Both the position numbers and the translations under genes were made by a program. A stretch of DNA of 64,000 bases, from assembly GCA_965644495.1 (NCBI GenBank), contig CBFFSA010000003.1, forward strand, positions 992,001 to 1,056,000, given 5' to 3'. Below, one piece after another: positions 45,470-55,956 of the stretch. Origin of the DNA: Perkinsela sp. CCAP 1560/9 (Eukaryota; Protista; Euglenozoa: Kinetoplastea). The notes beneath the pieces are model-generated. The model was given only the letters and a program-made list of their open reading frames with translations, was not told where the DNA came from and did no database searches. The stretch's first letter is position 1. The number at the start of each line of letters is the position of its first letter.

Positions 45470-47929
45470 TCATTTTGAATTTACCGCAAAAGTGGAAAGC
45501 ACTCCAAAATGATCTGAAGGAAATAAATATTCCGGACATGTGGTAATGCATAATTCGGTACGAACATCTCGCCTTCCCACAAGTTCAGAAGCAGAGGCGG
45601 AGAGTGTGGGTGCTCGAAAGTATATACGATCGGCACGTCCAAAGAAATCGGGCTCAATAATTAGTGAAGTATATTTGTTGCGATCGCCGTTTATGGTGTA
45701 AGCATCTGCTTGTGTGTCCGGATCATCACCGTGTGCCTCAACCCACGCATCCTTTAAACCTAGGGAAGGCGGGAAGCTCAACATATTGGTTGGATAATCA
45801 TTGAAGTCTCCGAGAAGGATGAATTCTTGCTGATGATACCGATTTTCTAATCTTCTTATTAAATTAGTTACTTGAGTTTTTCTATTGTCTTCATTTTCCG
45901 TGGTAAAAGGGGCCATGAGATGAATACAAATGATGTGTAACGCTCGGGTAGGAGTCATTTGAATCGTTATTATTGGTGCAATACTACGATGTCCTGCAAA
46001 GCCTGGAAGATTCACATGCTGTAAAGCGCTAATGGGAAGACGTCGATTTATCAGTACAAGGTTCCCCCAAGGAGAAAGACAGTCTCCGTCTTCCGCACTG
46101 CTTAGATAGTAATGCTTTCGAACCCAATTTTGAGAAGTTAAATATCTCCACCAAGGCGACTCACACTCCTGCATTGCAATAATATCGGCGTCTGTGTCTG
46201 AAAGAATCTTCGACAGCGCAATATATCTCGTATCTGAACACCAATCAATTCCGGGACGACCTAGTGGTGTCTTCTGTCCGGAAAAACGACTAAATTGAAC
46301 ATTCCATGTGACAATCTTCAGTTCCCTGAATTGCGGAAAATCAGATTGGTTCTCTGGCAGAGTTTTAGCCGCTTCGTAAGCTTCCCAAATTGTTTGACTA
46401 GCATCATATCCTATGAGGCGAGGCGTATTTCCTTTGACCATCTTGGTATCCTCGAAACCCTTCCCCGCAGCCGCGTTTATTCGAACGTCGTGCCGTCGAG
46501 CAAGGCCTCCGAGATCACACGCGAAATAGACGTAGCCTGGAGGGGGGCCCATTGCCCCGGACACGCGCATCCACATGTGAGTGGGAGCTTCCTTCAACGC
46601 CTTGTGACGCGTTCGAAGATCCTTTAACATGTTGCGTGCGTCATTTAACGCGTCAAAAGTATCTTCAATGTTAATGAGCTTTTCAACTGTACCGGTATTG
46701 TATTTGTAAAACTTTGATGGAGCATAAGTCTTCAATGCTTCACTTAGTTGTAGCTCTGTATTAAGCGTTGTAAGAAAGTACTCAAGCGGATTTAGGCGTT
46801 CGCTCGAAGACGTGCAGTACAGACGAGATGTTTTCAAGAGTTTCAGTTGAGAATAGAGACTGTCAGCGGTTACCAGATTGAGTGCTTTCTCCGGATCTGC
46901 CTTGGTAGGTAAAGAATACATTTGGTTGCTTATTCCACCAACTGTAAGCATATGATGGGCTTGTAGTACGATCTCTAGGTAATCCTCTGCTGACGACTGT
47001 CTAGCCTTCTGCTGCCTTGCTTTGTTAACGCGTAGCAATAGTTTTGTTAAAAGAGCTACGTCGAGACCTACTCTACCAGGCTCTTCTTCGAATAAATAGA
47101 CTTTTTCTGATACACAAACGTTGTGGTATGCCTGAAGAAGGTCCTTGGCATCCATACCAGATACATCGCCTACTTCACTCACACTCCACCCTTCGAGAAA
47201 GAGCAACAAAAGGACAACGTCGGTCCGTATACGTGAGAGTGCTCCCAGTTCCCCGTTTTCCATAAATCTATTCAAATCGAGCCATTCTAAGACTGCAGGT
47301 AATGTGTACATTCGAAATTCTCCCATATCAAATTTTAAACAAGTTATGTTTAAGAACGGAGTGATACCCACCGCCGTCATAAAAAGTTGCGTACTTCCAA
47401 TCAAACATATGGACTCATTCTTCGAAACATCCGTACGAGCAGCAAGGTCCAGTGCCCACGATACCATTTTGGATTCAGCGCACCCTGGTGTCATGGTCCC
47501 ACTAAACAAAAGTTCCGAAGGTGATTGGCGAGTTAGCAGTGCGCATTGTAGACGGTCCTCAATAGCAAACACAAGCGGACTTCCAGCGGTTCGTTGAGTA
47601 TATCCGTCTTGTTTTTTAGTCATTCGTTTCCGATATTTTCGACACTTCCACATCCCCTCGGTTCCGTCAAGAAGAAACACTAGTGACTTTCGAGCATGTA
47701 TCTTCCGGAGGATATTCGTAAGGTTGTTCTGAACATGCTTATACATAGGCTCAAACCTATCTGACCCCACAAGGTTTCTAAACTCTTTAGCCCTATACGC
47801 ATTTGCGATGAGGTCTCCTAAATCAATAGCAACGTGATCGAATTCTTCTTTCTTTCTTGTAAGTGAGGTGCATACTTCTTGAATCCTCTGTGTTCGAAAA
47901 TCACGGCGGAGGAAGGAGCGAAAAAACAT
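45470..47929 (-). CDS. KREX1: RNA-editing U-specific exoribonuclease KREX1 (MP100) family
   Basis: Mitochondrial presequence; XRN-like N-terminus (RIQEVCTSLTRKKEEFDHVAID); C-terminal EEP domain (TWNV, QE, GDFND, SDHFG). KREX1 versus KREX2 is assigned from recalled motifs. Confidence 0.85.
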   Translation of the reverse strand: MFFRSFLRRDFRTQRIQEVCTSLTRKKEEFDHVAIDLGDLIANAYRAKEFRNLVGSDRFEPMYKHVQNNLTNILRKIHARKSLVFLLDGTEGMWKCRKYRKRMTKKQDGYTQRTAGSPLVFAIEDRLQCALLTRQSPSELLFSGTMTPGCAESKMVSWALDLAARTDVSKNESICLIGSTQLFMTAVGITPFLNITCLKFDMGEFRMYTLPAVLEWLDLNRFMENGELGALSRIRTDVVLLLLFLEGWSVSEVGDVSGMDAKDLLQAYHNVCVSEKVYLFEEEPGRVGLDVALLTKLLLRVNKARQQKARQSSAEDYLEIVLQAHHMLTVGGISNQMYSLPTKADPEKALNLVTADSLYSQLKLLKTSRLYCTSSSERLNPLEYFLTTLNTELQLSEALKTYAPSKFYKYNTGTVEKLINIEDTFDALNDARNMLKDLRTRHKALKEAPTHMWMRVSGAMGPPPGYVYFACDLGGLARRHDVRINAAAGKGFEDTKMVKGNTPRLIGYDASQTIWEAYEAAKTLPENQSDFPQFRELKIVTWNVQFSRFSGQKTPLGRPGIDWCSDTRYIALSKILSDTDADIIAMQECESPWWRYLTSQNWVRKHYYLSSAEDGDCLSPWGNLVLINRRLPISALQHVNLPGFAGHRSIAPIITIQMTPTRALHIICIHLMAPFTTENEDNRKTQVTNLIRRLENRYHQQEFILLGDFNDYPTNMLSFPPSLGLKDAWVEAHGDDPDTQADAYTINGDRNKYTSLIIEPDFFGRADRIYFRAPTLSASASELVGRRDVRTELCITTCPEYLFPSDHFGVLSTFAVNSK

Positions 47930-48102
47930 AACAACTATTCTTTTATAAATTGAATGTCTTCTCTTCCCAAAAGAATATATTTGATCAATAAGAGACTAAT
48001 TTTATCAACATGCCTTTTGAATTGTTTGTCCCAAATCTTCGTTATACCGGAAAGTAAAAAGCTATGTATTGATAACCACGAAAAGCGTATTCTCTAGCCC
48101 CA

Positions 48103-48996
48103 TTAATCTGGATCAACACTGCTAATGAGCTTTTTTTGTATACTGGTGCGGAGAAATGTCTCAACCACGCGCTGGGCTGTATGCGGTACAACCCAATCGT
48201 ACCAAATTTCGCCTTGTTGCGAAGCAGACAACCTGCGGGCTTCTTGCGGGGTGTAAGAAAGCGTTCTTCCATCAATCACTGCGCATGTCGTGATAAGAGA
48301 GGAATGCTCACTATTGTGCAACTGGGTACAGTCACCTGACCGAGCAGCCCTTTCCGATTCGGGATCCGTTGGAAGAGTCGGTTGACCCCAGCACGTTACG
48401 TCAGTATAGGTAAAATTAGTTTTCCCTCCAGAAGGTGTGCTTTCATCTGAACCTTCTTCTGAGTCGACGTGCCGAAGGGTTGTAAAGGTTTCGGTCTCGG
48501 AAGTGTCCTCCTCCAATCGCAAGACTGATTTCATGCTTACTACGCATTCCCTTTTCCAGCACATGGCAGGACCCATCTTCCTTGGTCTGTGAATAGTTGC
48601 AGCTGCGACGCTTTTTCCCACCTTTTCAATGTGCGGCGAGTACCCTAACACGATTTCAAAGGGAATCCACACTCGATATAAAGAATAGTCTGATGTGCAT
48701 TCAACTTTCCCAATTGGTGGATTAAAATCCAACCATTGCCGAATGAGAGAAACCATGAAACATGGAAGCCGCTGCTCCACATTCTTTAATGTATCGGTTC
48801 TGATAAGAAACGGGTAATATGATTGAGAGTGTGGACTGCGTAGATACCACCCAGGACATGGATATGCGCAAGGACAAGTCTGAGGAGGAAGTTCTTGCAG
48901 TGCTTCTACCTTTTTACGTAAAATAGACTTGTATTCGCGTCGATTTTCTCGAGGAACATACTCGTCTCGTCGATGATGAGAGTTCAGTTGCTTCAT
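48103..48996 (-). CDS. Hypothetical protein
   Basis: 297-aa ATG ORF in the cluster. Confidence 0.75.
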   Translation of the reverse strand: MKQLNSHHRRDEYVPRENRREYKSILRKKVEALQELPPQTCPCAYPCPGWYLRSPHSQSYYPFLIRTDTLKNVEQRLPCFMVSLIRQWLDFNPPIGKVECTSDYSLYRVWIPFEIVLGYSPHIEKVGKSVAAATIHRPRKMGPAMCWKRECVVSMKSVLRLEEDTSETETFTTLRHVDSEEGSDESTPSGGKTNFTYTDVTCWGQPTLPTDPESERAARSGDCTQLHNSEHSSLITTCAVIDGRTLSYTPQEARRLSASQQGEIWYDWVVPHTAQRVVETFLRTSIQKKLISSVDPD

Positions 48997-49318
48997 GGTC
49001 TAAATTTACCCCAAAGATCCTTGCGTCAAAGTTCTGAGCATATTAAACGTTTTGGGCAATTTTTAAGTTGATACCCATCGGCTTGATTATTCTGTACTTC
49101 AACTACTAGAGTGTACTGTAACTTACTTTAAACCATTTTACCTGCAGTACATTTTTTACCTGCATTCTGTATATTGTACTTGCAGAGTAGACAAACTGAA
49201 TTTTCGACATACAAAGGTACAGTCTTATCTTGAGCTCAATACGCGGCTCCAGTCCGCCAATGTTTACCGAAAAACACAGATAAAGTATCATAAAAAAGAT
49301 TAATGCGCACCCTATCCA

Positions 49319-49747
49319 CTATTTCTTACTCAAAGTTGAGTTTTGAGGGAAATGTTCTCGTACCAATTTTGCGAATTCTTCGTAGGATTTTTGAAAGTGA
49401 ACTTCTTTATCTTTTATAGTTTCATTCACTTTGGCTTTACGGTGGTCACAATTGTCGAGATCTTGTCCAAGTTGGTTTTGGTGATGCTCTACGGAATTAA
49501 GGAGATCGGTCACGGGAGCTAGAACGAATGCTCGCCCAAGTGCTTCGTAGCATCTATGTGTTTTAGATAATTTTTGCAGCTCTCTAAGTGTAATGGAAGC
49601 CTTCTTTTTGTCTCTTTCCAGAATCAGCTGCTGCGTTTGTAGCTGATTTTGCTGCATACTCAATTTTGATAAATCATCCCTCATTTCGTTGATTCTTTGT
49701 TCATATTCGACCACTTCTTGTTGACCAGATGTTAACTGCGGAGCCAT
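49319..49747 (-). CDS. Prefoldin beta subunit (PFD1-like)
   Basis: Coiled coil - YEALGRAFVL beta-hairpin - coiled coil. Confidence 0.85.
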   Translation of the reverse strand: MAPQLTSGQQEVVEYEQRINEMRDDLSKLSMQQNQLQTQQLILERDKKKASITLRELQKLSKTHRCYEALGRAFVLAPVTDLLNSVEHHQNQLGQDLDNCDHRKAKVNETIKDKEVHFQKSYEEFAKLVREHFPQNSTLSKK

Positions 49748-50009
49748 TGTTAACCGAAAGATAAAATTCCCAAGAATTTAAATATTCAAAAACATGCCGA
49801 AAAAAGGTGTAAAGTATCAATACTATGAATACTCATGTAAAAAAAAACTATGTTTGCTCTATCAGAGAAACTTGGCGCTGCTTTCAGTACCTTTGCATAC
49901 GGGAATCCGTTTCTCTATGCATCTACATGCATAAAATCTACGTGCATAGAAAATCTACATGCATATGTATATCCTGAAATATAATGTCTATCTGACAGCG
50001 TCGTACCGC

Positions 50010-51332
50010 TTACCTCGTGGTGAGCATAATACATTTTCCTGACGACGTCGGTTGCTCCCCTTTCTCTGCCACCCATGTATTGTACTTCATCCTAAATGAC
50101 TGCATCGCTTGGGAAGAGAGCATGGCAACCACCAAGGTGTGAGGAGGTATGGTCCGTACCGCGTGTTCCAGTGTATGCGCAGTACCCGAGGTAACATAGT
50201 GCAAGTGGGCGTCGCTCCCTAACGCCTCCTTACGGTATGCACCCAATGACCTCTCTAGCCGACGATCCAGCGGGGTGTCCATTGACCACCCCGGAGGTTT
50301 CAGATACATCACATGGAGATTAGGCACCGCGGGGAGAGGGTGAGTTCCTTTTGCTACGGCCCCCCCTCCCGTAGGTTCCCCCCTCCGACATGCCCGGATT
50401 TCCTCAATAAACTGCAACCCGGGTGCCACCCCGGTAGGGTCAAGCAACAGAAGTACGTGGCGGAAATCGCTCCTACTCCCCCGGGGGTAGCGCAGCACAC
50501 ACTCCCCCTCCCGTACCACCACGGTGTCTCCTACCTCGTGGGAGTGATACAGTGCGGAATGAGATGGGGCGTTCCACACTAACAAGTCAAAGTACCCCTT
50601 GTGTTGGTCCGAGGGGATGGCAAAGTAGGGTACCCCGAGAGAAGGGCCACCCTGAGCTCCGAAATCCCCCGAAATACGCTCTTTTTTCGTATCTACGTTT
50701 TCCTTGTTTTTCGAACCCTCACTCGTGGGGGTTGCGGGCTGTATGTAGACGGTAGAGACCCCCCGGGGGTGGATCGGGTCGCTTGCGCGGGGAAGCGCAA
50801 ACCGGATTAGCCGAGAGTGTCCCTTGTGCTCCTCGTAGGAGCCAAGAGAGGTGTAGGGGGTGGGCGTGGGTGGGGGAAAAGGGTGGGGTGTGGAAATCCG
50901 AGGATTTCGAGTTGCTGAGAGAAAGTACGGAGAAGGGGATGTTGAATCCGTAGGAGAGTGTTGAGGGTTGTAGTGAAGGGGTGATTTTGCAGTGATGGGC
51001 GCGGTACCGGATTGGGAACTCTGACCTCGTGGTTGTAAAATCCACTGCGTTCCGTTAGGAGTTGTGCAACATTGCAGCGTTACACCAGCGTGACAAATTT
51101 CCTCATACGGATTATAGTCATGTGAATCGTTCCGTATCCATGGATCTGGTGTGGTGTGCTCTCCAAGAAAACCGGCTTGTGCATTATGCCAGAGAGGACT
51201 ATTTTCTCCATGTGTATCATGGAGAGATGTGATGGCTAACATATCGGCTCGGACTACGGGGTTTTGAAAAACATTGTATACCACAAACACACCGCTAGAT
51301 ACTGCCGTAAAGGTGAGCAACCCCTTAATCAT
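50010..51332 (-). CDS. Divergent NADH-cytochrome b5 reductase-like (FNR family) protein
   Basis: N-terminal anchor; SRLIRFALP, KGYFDLLV, EVGDTV and PTGVAPGLQFI; the RxYT motif is replaced by VPYF. Confidence 0.6.
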   Translation of the reverse strand: MIKGLLTFTAVSSGVFVVYNVFQNPVVRADMLAITSLHDTHGENSPLWHNAQAGFLGEHTTPDPWIRNDSHDYNPYEEICHAGVTLQCCTTPNGTQWILQPRGQSSQSGTAPITAKSPLHYNPQHSPTDSTSPSPYFLSATRNPRISTPHPFPPPTPTPYTSLGSYEEHKGHSRLIRFALPRASDPIHPRGVSTVYIQPATPTSEGSKNKENVDTKKERISGDFGAQGGPSLGVPYFAIPSDQHKGYFDLLVWNAPSHSALYHSHEVGDTVVVREGECVLRYPRGSRSDFRHVLLLLDPTGVAPGLQFIEEIRACRRGEPTGGGAVAKGTHPLPAVPNLHVMYLKPPGWSMDTPLDRRLERSLGAYRKEALGSDAHLHYVTSGTAHTLEHAVRTIPPHTLVVAMLSSQAMQSFRMKYNTWVAEKGEQPTSSGKCIMLTTR

Positions 51333-51663
51333 GGGCCACGTGAACGCAACGATACGTCTTCAAGGCTGAAATGCGTCTCGTGAACACCGCTTTGGTCTAC
51401 CTGCTCATGCAACATACTCAAAACCAGATGGGTCAACATTGCAGAGAGGTGATTTTGGAATGTAAAGAACATAACGAACTATACTTCCATAACATTAGAT
51501 TTTTTGAGGCACGTAGAACATAACTTAAGTTGTCAATCTTTTAGTAGGAGTAGGATTTTTTAAGGGAGAATACATGTATATTTAAAAGATGGATGCAGAT
51601 TATTAAAGGAAACCAGTTGGCAATTCGTGAACCTGTCAAAGATATTGTAAGAACCACAACTTT

Positions 51664-53262
51664 CTAGCTATGAACCCAATTGGTCGCTCCTGTTCTTTGT
51701 CGCTTAAGTTCTAGATACTGGCCCCGACGAAGCGTTTGCCCTTCGCGATCCTCCAATTCCTCGTCATCGGGTTTCCACTGCTCCTGCTTCTGGTTTTCCA
51801 ATTGGGAACACAGTTTCTGCCAAAGAATGGTGGCCTCATTTACAGAAGTAATGCCGTGCAAATGAGGCGTATTCGGTATACCCAATCGGGCTAACGCACT
51901 GATATGAAAAGATTCCTTAAAGTGCTGCTCAAAGATTTGTGGTCCTGCGTATATCTTTCCGCATATTTCACATTTTTGCTTTACTTTCAAGCCGTGCGCT
52001 TTTCGGAGCCATACAGGAATTTTGTTTCCATCCCACCCCAATTCTTCTTTTTCCACTGCCCTTTTCTCCTTGTCTAATGTAGAACAGTCAGGTGAGAGCA
52101 GTACACCTTGCGTATAATCAATGAGCTCATTCGTCTTGAGAACAGATTCCCGCATGGCATCCTCTTCCCGGAGCTCGGCGTCCATAAGTTCTTCGGGAGT
52201 AATGGTAATCTTGTTCTCCTGCCGGCGTATCGTATGGATCAGACGATGACCTACTTGAGAAATCCAAAAGCGTACTCGATCTTCCAGTTGATTAATCATT
52301 AGGGCCCTGCATGTCGCCGACTTTTCTTTCAATATATTCCAGGTGCTTTCAATTGTGCTCTTGTCTGTAATAGCGCATTCGCCAGAATTTTTTGTCGCAG
52401 ATGATAACGAGAAGCGTGCTTCCTTTTCTAAAAGACATGTACCCTCTAGTGGAAAAAGGCGCAAGTGCGCATCTCGAAGTGTATTTCCCAAATAGGAAAG
52501 ATAATCGCAGTATGCCTGACTTCCACTGACGTGTTTCTCGTCTTCTTCCACTACAAATTCATCTGGAATCAAGCGTATATACTTAGGCAAAACCTCGAAA
52601 TCGCTCAAATAGCGTTCAAGATAGACCTTGTAGGTTATGGGCCAAACTGATGCTGACTCTTTCACCTCCTGACTAAAATCATTCCAAAGTTGGACGTACG
52701 CCTGATGTGCTTCTATTAAATCAAGATACTGGCCAAATCCCTCCTCTCCACTGAACTTCCCTTTGGTTGTATAGCGAGAGAATGAGTTCACGGTGGATTC
52801 GATATAAGGCGTTATCGGGCACATTGGAATGTTTTGCTCTGACCTTTCTCCAAGTCTTCCCCGGGATGCAGTGTGCTTTATTATCTTTTGCATCTCGCCT
52901 TGGAATTGTTGTAGAGCAACGGGCAAAGTATTGCTGTCTGGTGATCGAAGTGTGGTAATGTCAGATCCCCGGTAGATCTCCACCAGAGTACGGGATGTTT
53001 TTTGAGCCTCTAGCAACTTTTCGCAAATGTAATGACGCATTAGGACGATATGTCTTGGGTGCAGAGTTCGACGATTGATTAATAGCTGCGGAGTAATGGA
53101 ACGATAACACTGCTCAAGGTCACTATGCAAAGTGCGAATTTCTTCTAGTATGGACGGATTAGCGACTTCTGCAGCTTCTGGCATTGAAGAGATCAAAAGA
53201 GTGGAAATGAAATGAGTTTGATTGCAGGTCACAACAGTCTCAAAATAAATGGGAACGAACAA
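51664..53262 (-). CDS. PRP9: Splicing factor SF3a60/PRP9 (start probably ATG at 53184)
   Basis: FSGEEGFGQYLDL; LGWDGNKIPVWLRKAHGL; CEICG..Y.G...FEQHFKE..H zinc finger; EELEDREG. Confidence 0.92.
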   Translation of the reverse strand: MFVPIYFETVVTCNQTHFISTLLISSMPEAAEVANPSILEEIRTLHSDLEQCYRSITPQLLINRRTLHPRHIVLMRHYICEKLLEAQKTSRTLVEIYRGSDITTLRSPDSNTLPVALQQFQGEMQKIIKHTASRGRLGERSEQNIPMCPITPYIESTVNSFSRYTTKGKFSGEEGFGQYLDLIEAHQAYVQLWNDFSQEVKESASVWPITYKVYLERYLSDFEVLPKYIRLIPDEFVVEEDEKHVSGSQAYCDYLSYLGNTLRDAHLRLFPLEGTCLLEKEARFSLSSATKNSGECAITDKSTIESTWNILKEKSATCRALMINQLEDRVRFWISQVGHRLIHTIRRQENKITITPEELMDAELREEDAMRESVLKTNELIDYTQGVLLSPDCSTLDKEKRAVEKEELGWDGNKIPVWLRKAHGLKVKQKCEICGKIYAGPQIFEQHFKESFHISALARLGIPNTPHLHGITSVNEATILWQKLCSQLENQKQEQWKPDDEELEDREGQTLRRGQYLELKRQRTGATNWVHS

Positions 53263-53499
53263 GAAAGCTATAAAAATGCTTTACAAATGCATTGAGACTA
53301 AGAGAATGAAGAGGAATTCCACTCATGAAACGGTTTAAAAAACAACCTTTCGTAAATTTGTAAATTACTTCAAAAGATCACTCTTTTTTAACAAGAATAC
53401 CCATCCCATCTTTTACTAACCAGCATGTATACTTTCGTTCCTCAATGATGTAACAAATTCTTACTGAAAACCCCCACACTTATTCAATCTCCCACCTCT

Positions 53500-55551
53500 T
53501 CACGTACCATACTCCTCACTCCGCTTCCGGTAGGCTTGCAACACACCATACGCCTCCCGCACCCTCTCCTGCAAATCCGCCGGGTGGCTTAACAACCGCA
53601 CCAACTCCTCCGGCTCCGTCTCCAGCAGCATTCCCGTAATCTTCGGCGCCTCCTCAGGGTAGATCCCATGGATCGCCACATACAGCCGCTCCCCCAGCAC
53701 CCCATGACGCTCCTCCACGGACAACCCCGCGAGGTCCTCCACCTTCAGTGTCGCGGACAGCATCGGGGAGGGCAGCGGCACAGGTCGCGTCCCCACAGGG
53801 GTCCCATGCAGCCGGGAGGGGGTCTTGCCCACCCCACCCGCGGTACTACCCCCCGTCTCACTACGTAACGCGGGAGTGGAGGGCACCGAGGGGAGGGCCC
53901 CCCCCACCCCAGTGCCTTCCACCAACCCCCCGGTTGGAGGCACCAGCCCCGCTCCTGCTGCTTCTGTTGGATTTTCCACAAGATGCTGTTGCTGCTGCTG
54001 TTGCTGTCTGTCATGATATACACTTTGGGGCTGCGGTCGACGAGAGAGGCGTCGGTCATGGTAGGCTGCTGCTGCTGCTGCTGCTGCTCCTCGGTAGGGG
54101 ACGCGACCACGTGCCGGGGGGAGTTGTCGTCGGGACAGGGGACGGGGGATAGCGTACGGGGGGAGCCCGCCTCCTGCTCCGTGAGAGGAGGTCGCGGGGT
54201 CGTACATAAACAACGCCGCGGCCTGGGGGGAGGAGTACCACCGAAAAGGCATCAGGGCGGTGTTGACGCCGTAGCTGGAGGTGAGTCCAACGGTGCCGTA
54301 CCCGGTGTAGGCCCCCGGGAGGTTGCCGATGCCTTGAGGACGACTGAACTGGATTTGGAGCATGGTGCGGCGGGTTTCTTTCTTTTGTGCCACGTTGACG
54401 TAGAGGGGTTTGTTGTTTAACAGGCGGCCATTCATCTCGCGGAGAGCTTGGCTTGCGGCGTCGGCTTTGGAAAAGCACACAAAGGCGTACCCACGGGGGG
54501 CTCCGGTATCATCCTTGGCGACAAACACACTGTTAATCTCACCGTACTCGCGAAACAAATCTCGCAGTTCTGTGCTGTCATGGTCTCCGAAGTTCTTCAC
54601 ATACAAGTTGTTGCCTTTGGATCCCAAGCCGGAAAAACGGTTTTGCTCGTAACGGGCTCGTAGCTCTGCTAGACGTTCCCATCTTTTCTGGGCTCGTTGG
54701 ACATAAAGCTTAAGATCTGCATCAGTGATACCTTCCACGTTCTTGTCATGTGATTCCTCAATCGCTTTTACAGCTTCGTCGTGCTTCGAGAAGCTGCAAA
54801 ATGCGAATAGACGACCCGTGGGGTCCTTTTTTGTGCATGTACTGGTGATACTCCCAAATTGCTTAAAGTGCTCACGGATATCCTCTTCCGTAGTCGCTGA
54901 TTGAAGATGTTTGATGTACACATTGGTGTAATTGTTTTGCATTTGCTGTTGGCGTATGGCACGTCGCACGAAAGGGGCCACATAAAGCTCCAGACTGTTG
55001 ACAAATTTCCCATTGAAATCCTTAATTGCCACTTCGGCATCTCCTTCATTTGCGAAATGAACAAATCCATAACCCCGGCTTTTTCCTTTTTCATCGACGA
55101 CTACCTTGCAACTCAGAATATTGCCTATGGACCGAAACATATCGAGCAGTAAGTTTGTGTTCAAGTCAGGTGGCAAATTCTTAATAAAAATATTTCCCGC
55201 TGCGTTTCGCCGTGTGGTAGGATCCCTTTGCACGGGCATTACACGAATACAAGATCCAGTAAGATACGAACTATTTTTGGTCTCAATGGCGGTTTGTGCA
55301 TGGGCAGCATCCGCAAAATTGACGTATCCATACCCCAAGGATTGGCGAGTAATGGCGTCACGACAAATACGCACTGACGTCATGGGACCCACGGATTGAA
55401 AATGCTCAAAAAGCGCTGTCTCGGACACATTGGGACCCAAATCTCCGACATAAAGAGACCCCCCTACTTCATGAGAGACTACGGAGCTGACACTGTCTGT
55501 TTCAACATCTCGAGCGGCAAGAGGAGCTTCATGAACTGCAACAACACTCAT
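53500..55551 (-). CDS. PABP: Polyadenylate-binding protein
   Basis: Four RRMs (SLYVGDL, SLGYGYVNF, SRGYGFVHF, RGYAFVCF) and an MLLE domain (LGERLY...KITGMLLE). Confidence 0.97.
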   Translation of the reverse strand: MSVVAVHEAPLAARDVETDSVSSVVSHEVGGSLYVGDLGPNVSETALFEHFQSVGPMTSVRICRDAITRQSLGYGYVNFADAAHAQTAIETKNSSYLTGSCIRVMPVQRDPTTRRNAAGNIFIKNLPPDLNTNLLLDMFRSIGNILSCKVVVDEKGKSRGYGFVHFANEGDAEVAIKDFNGKFVNSLELYVAPFVRRAIRQQQMQNNYTNVYIKHLQSATTEEDIREHFKQFGSITSTCTKKDPTGRLFAFCSFSKHDEAVKAIEESHDKNVEGITDADLKLYVQRAQKRWERLAELRARYEQNRFSGLGSKGNNLYVKNFGDHDSTELRDLFREYGEINSVFVAKDDTGAPRGYAFVCFSKADAASQALREMNGRLLNNKPLYVNVAQKKETRRTMLQIQFSRPQGIGNLPGAYTGYGTVGLTSSYGVNTALMPFRWYSSPQAAALFMYDPATSSHGAGGGLPPYAIPRPLSRRQLPPARGRVPYRGAAAAAAAAYHDRRLSRRPQPQSVYHDRQQQQQQQHLVENPTEAAGAGLVPPTGGLVEGTGVGGALPSVPSTPALRSETGGSTAGGVGKTPSRLHGTPVGTRPVPLPSPMLSATLKVEDLAGLSVEERHGVLGERLYVAIHGIYPEEAPKITGMLLETEPEELVRLLSHPADLQERVREAYGVLQAYRKRSEEYGT

Positions 55552-55956
55552 TGTACTAATTCCACTAATCTATAAGAATAAAATAGTATGACGTGTTGAA
55601 GTTTAGTAACGTCAGATACTTCAGTGTTTTTTTGATGTTGAAGTACGAAGGATAGGGTTTGATTTTATTTCTTCTGATGGAGGAAGCATATAATGAGGCT
55701 TAGTCCATGGAATATGAAGGTGATAGATCTAAGATAGCGCGTAAATAGTCAGCACGTGTGAATTCAGGTAAAAAATAGATGCAATGGTGATGATGTAAAA
55801 CAATGCTTCAAAAACTACTATCCTCCCTTTAAAGTATTTCCCCTTTGAACCTCTTTAAAGCAATGCATAATATATGCAACGTACTGACGATATGTAAGTC
55901 ATTGGTGGGATGAGCGAAAAACGAGTCAAAGTGCAAAACAACTGACTTTACAGGTT

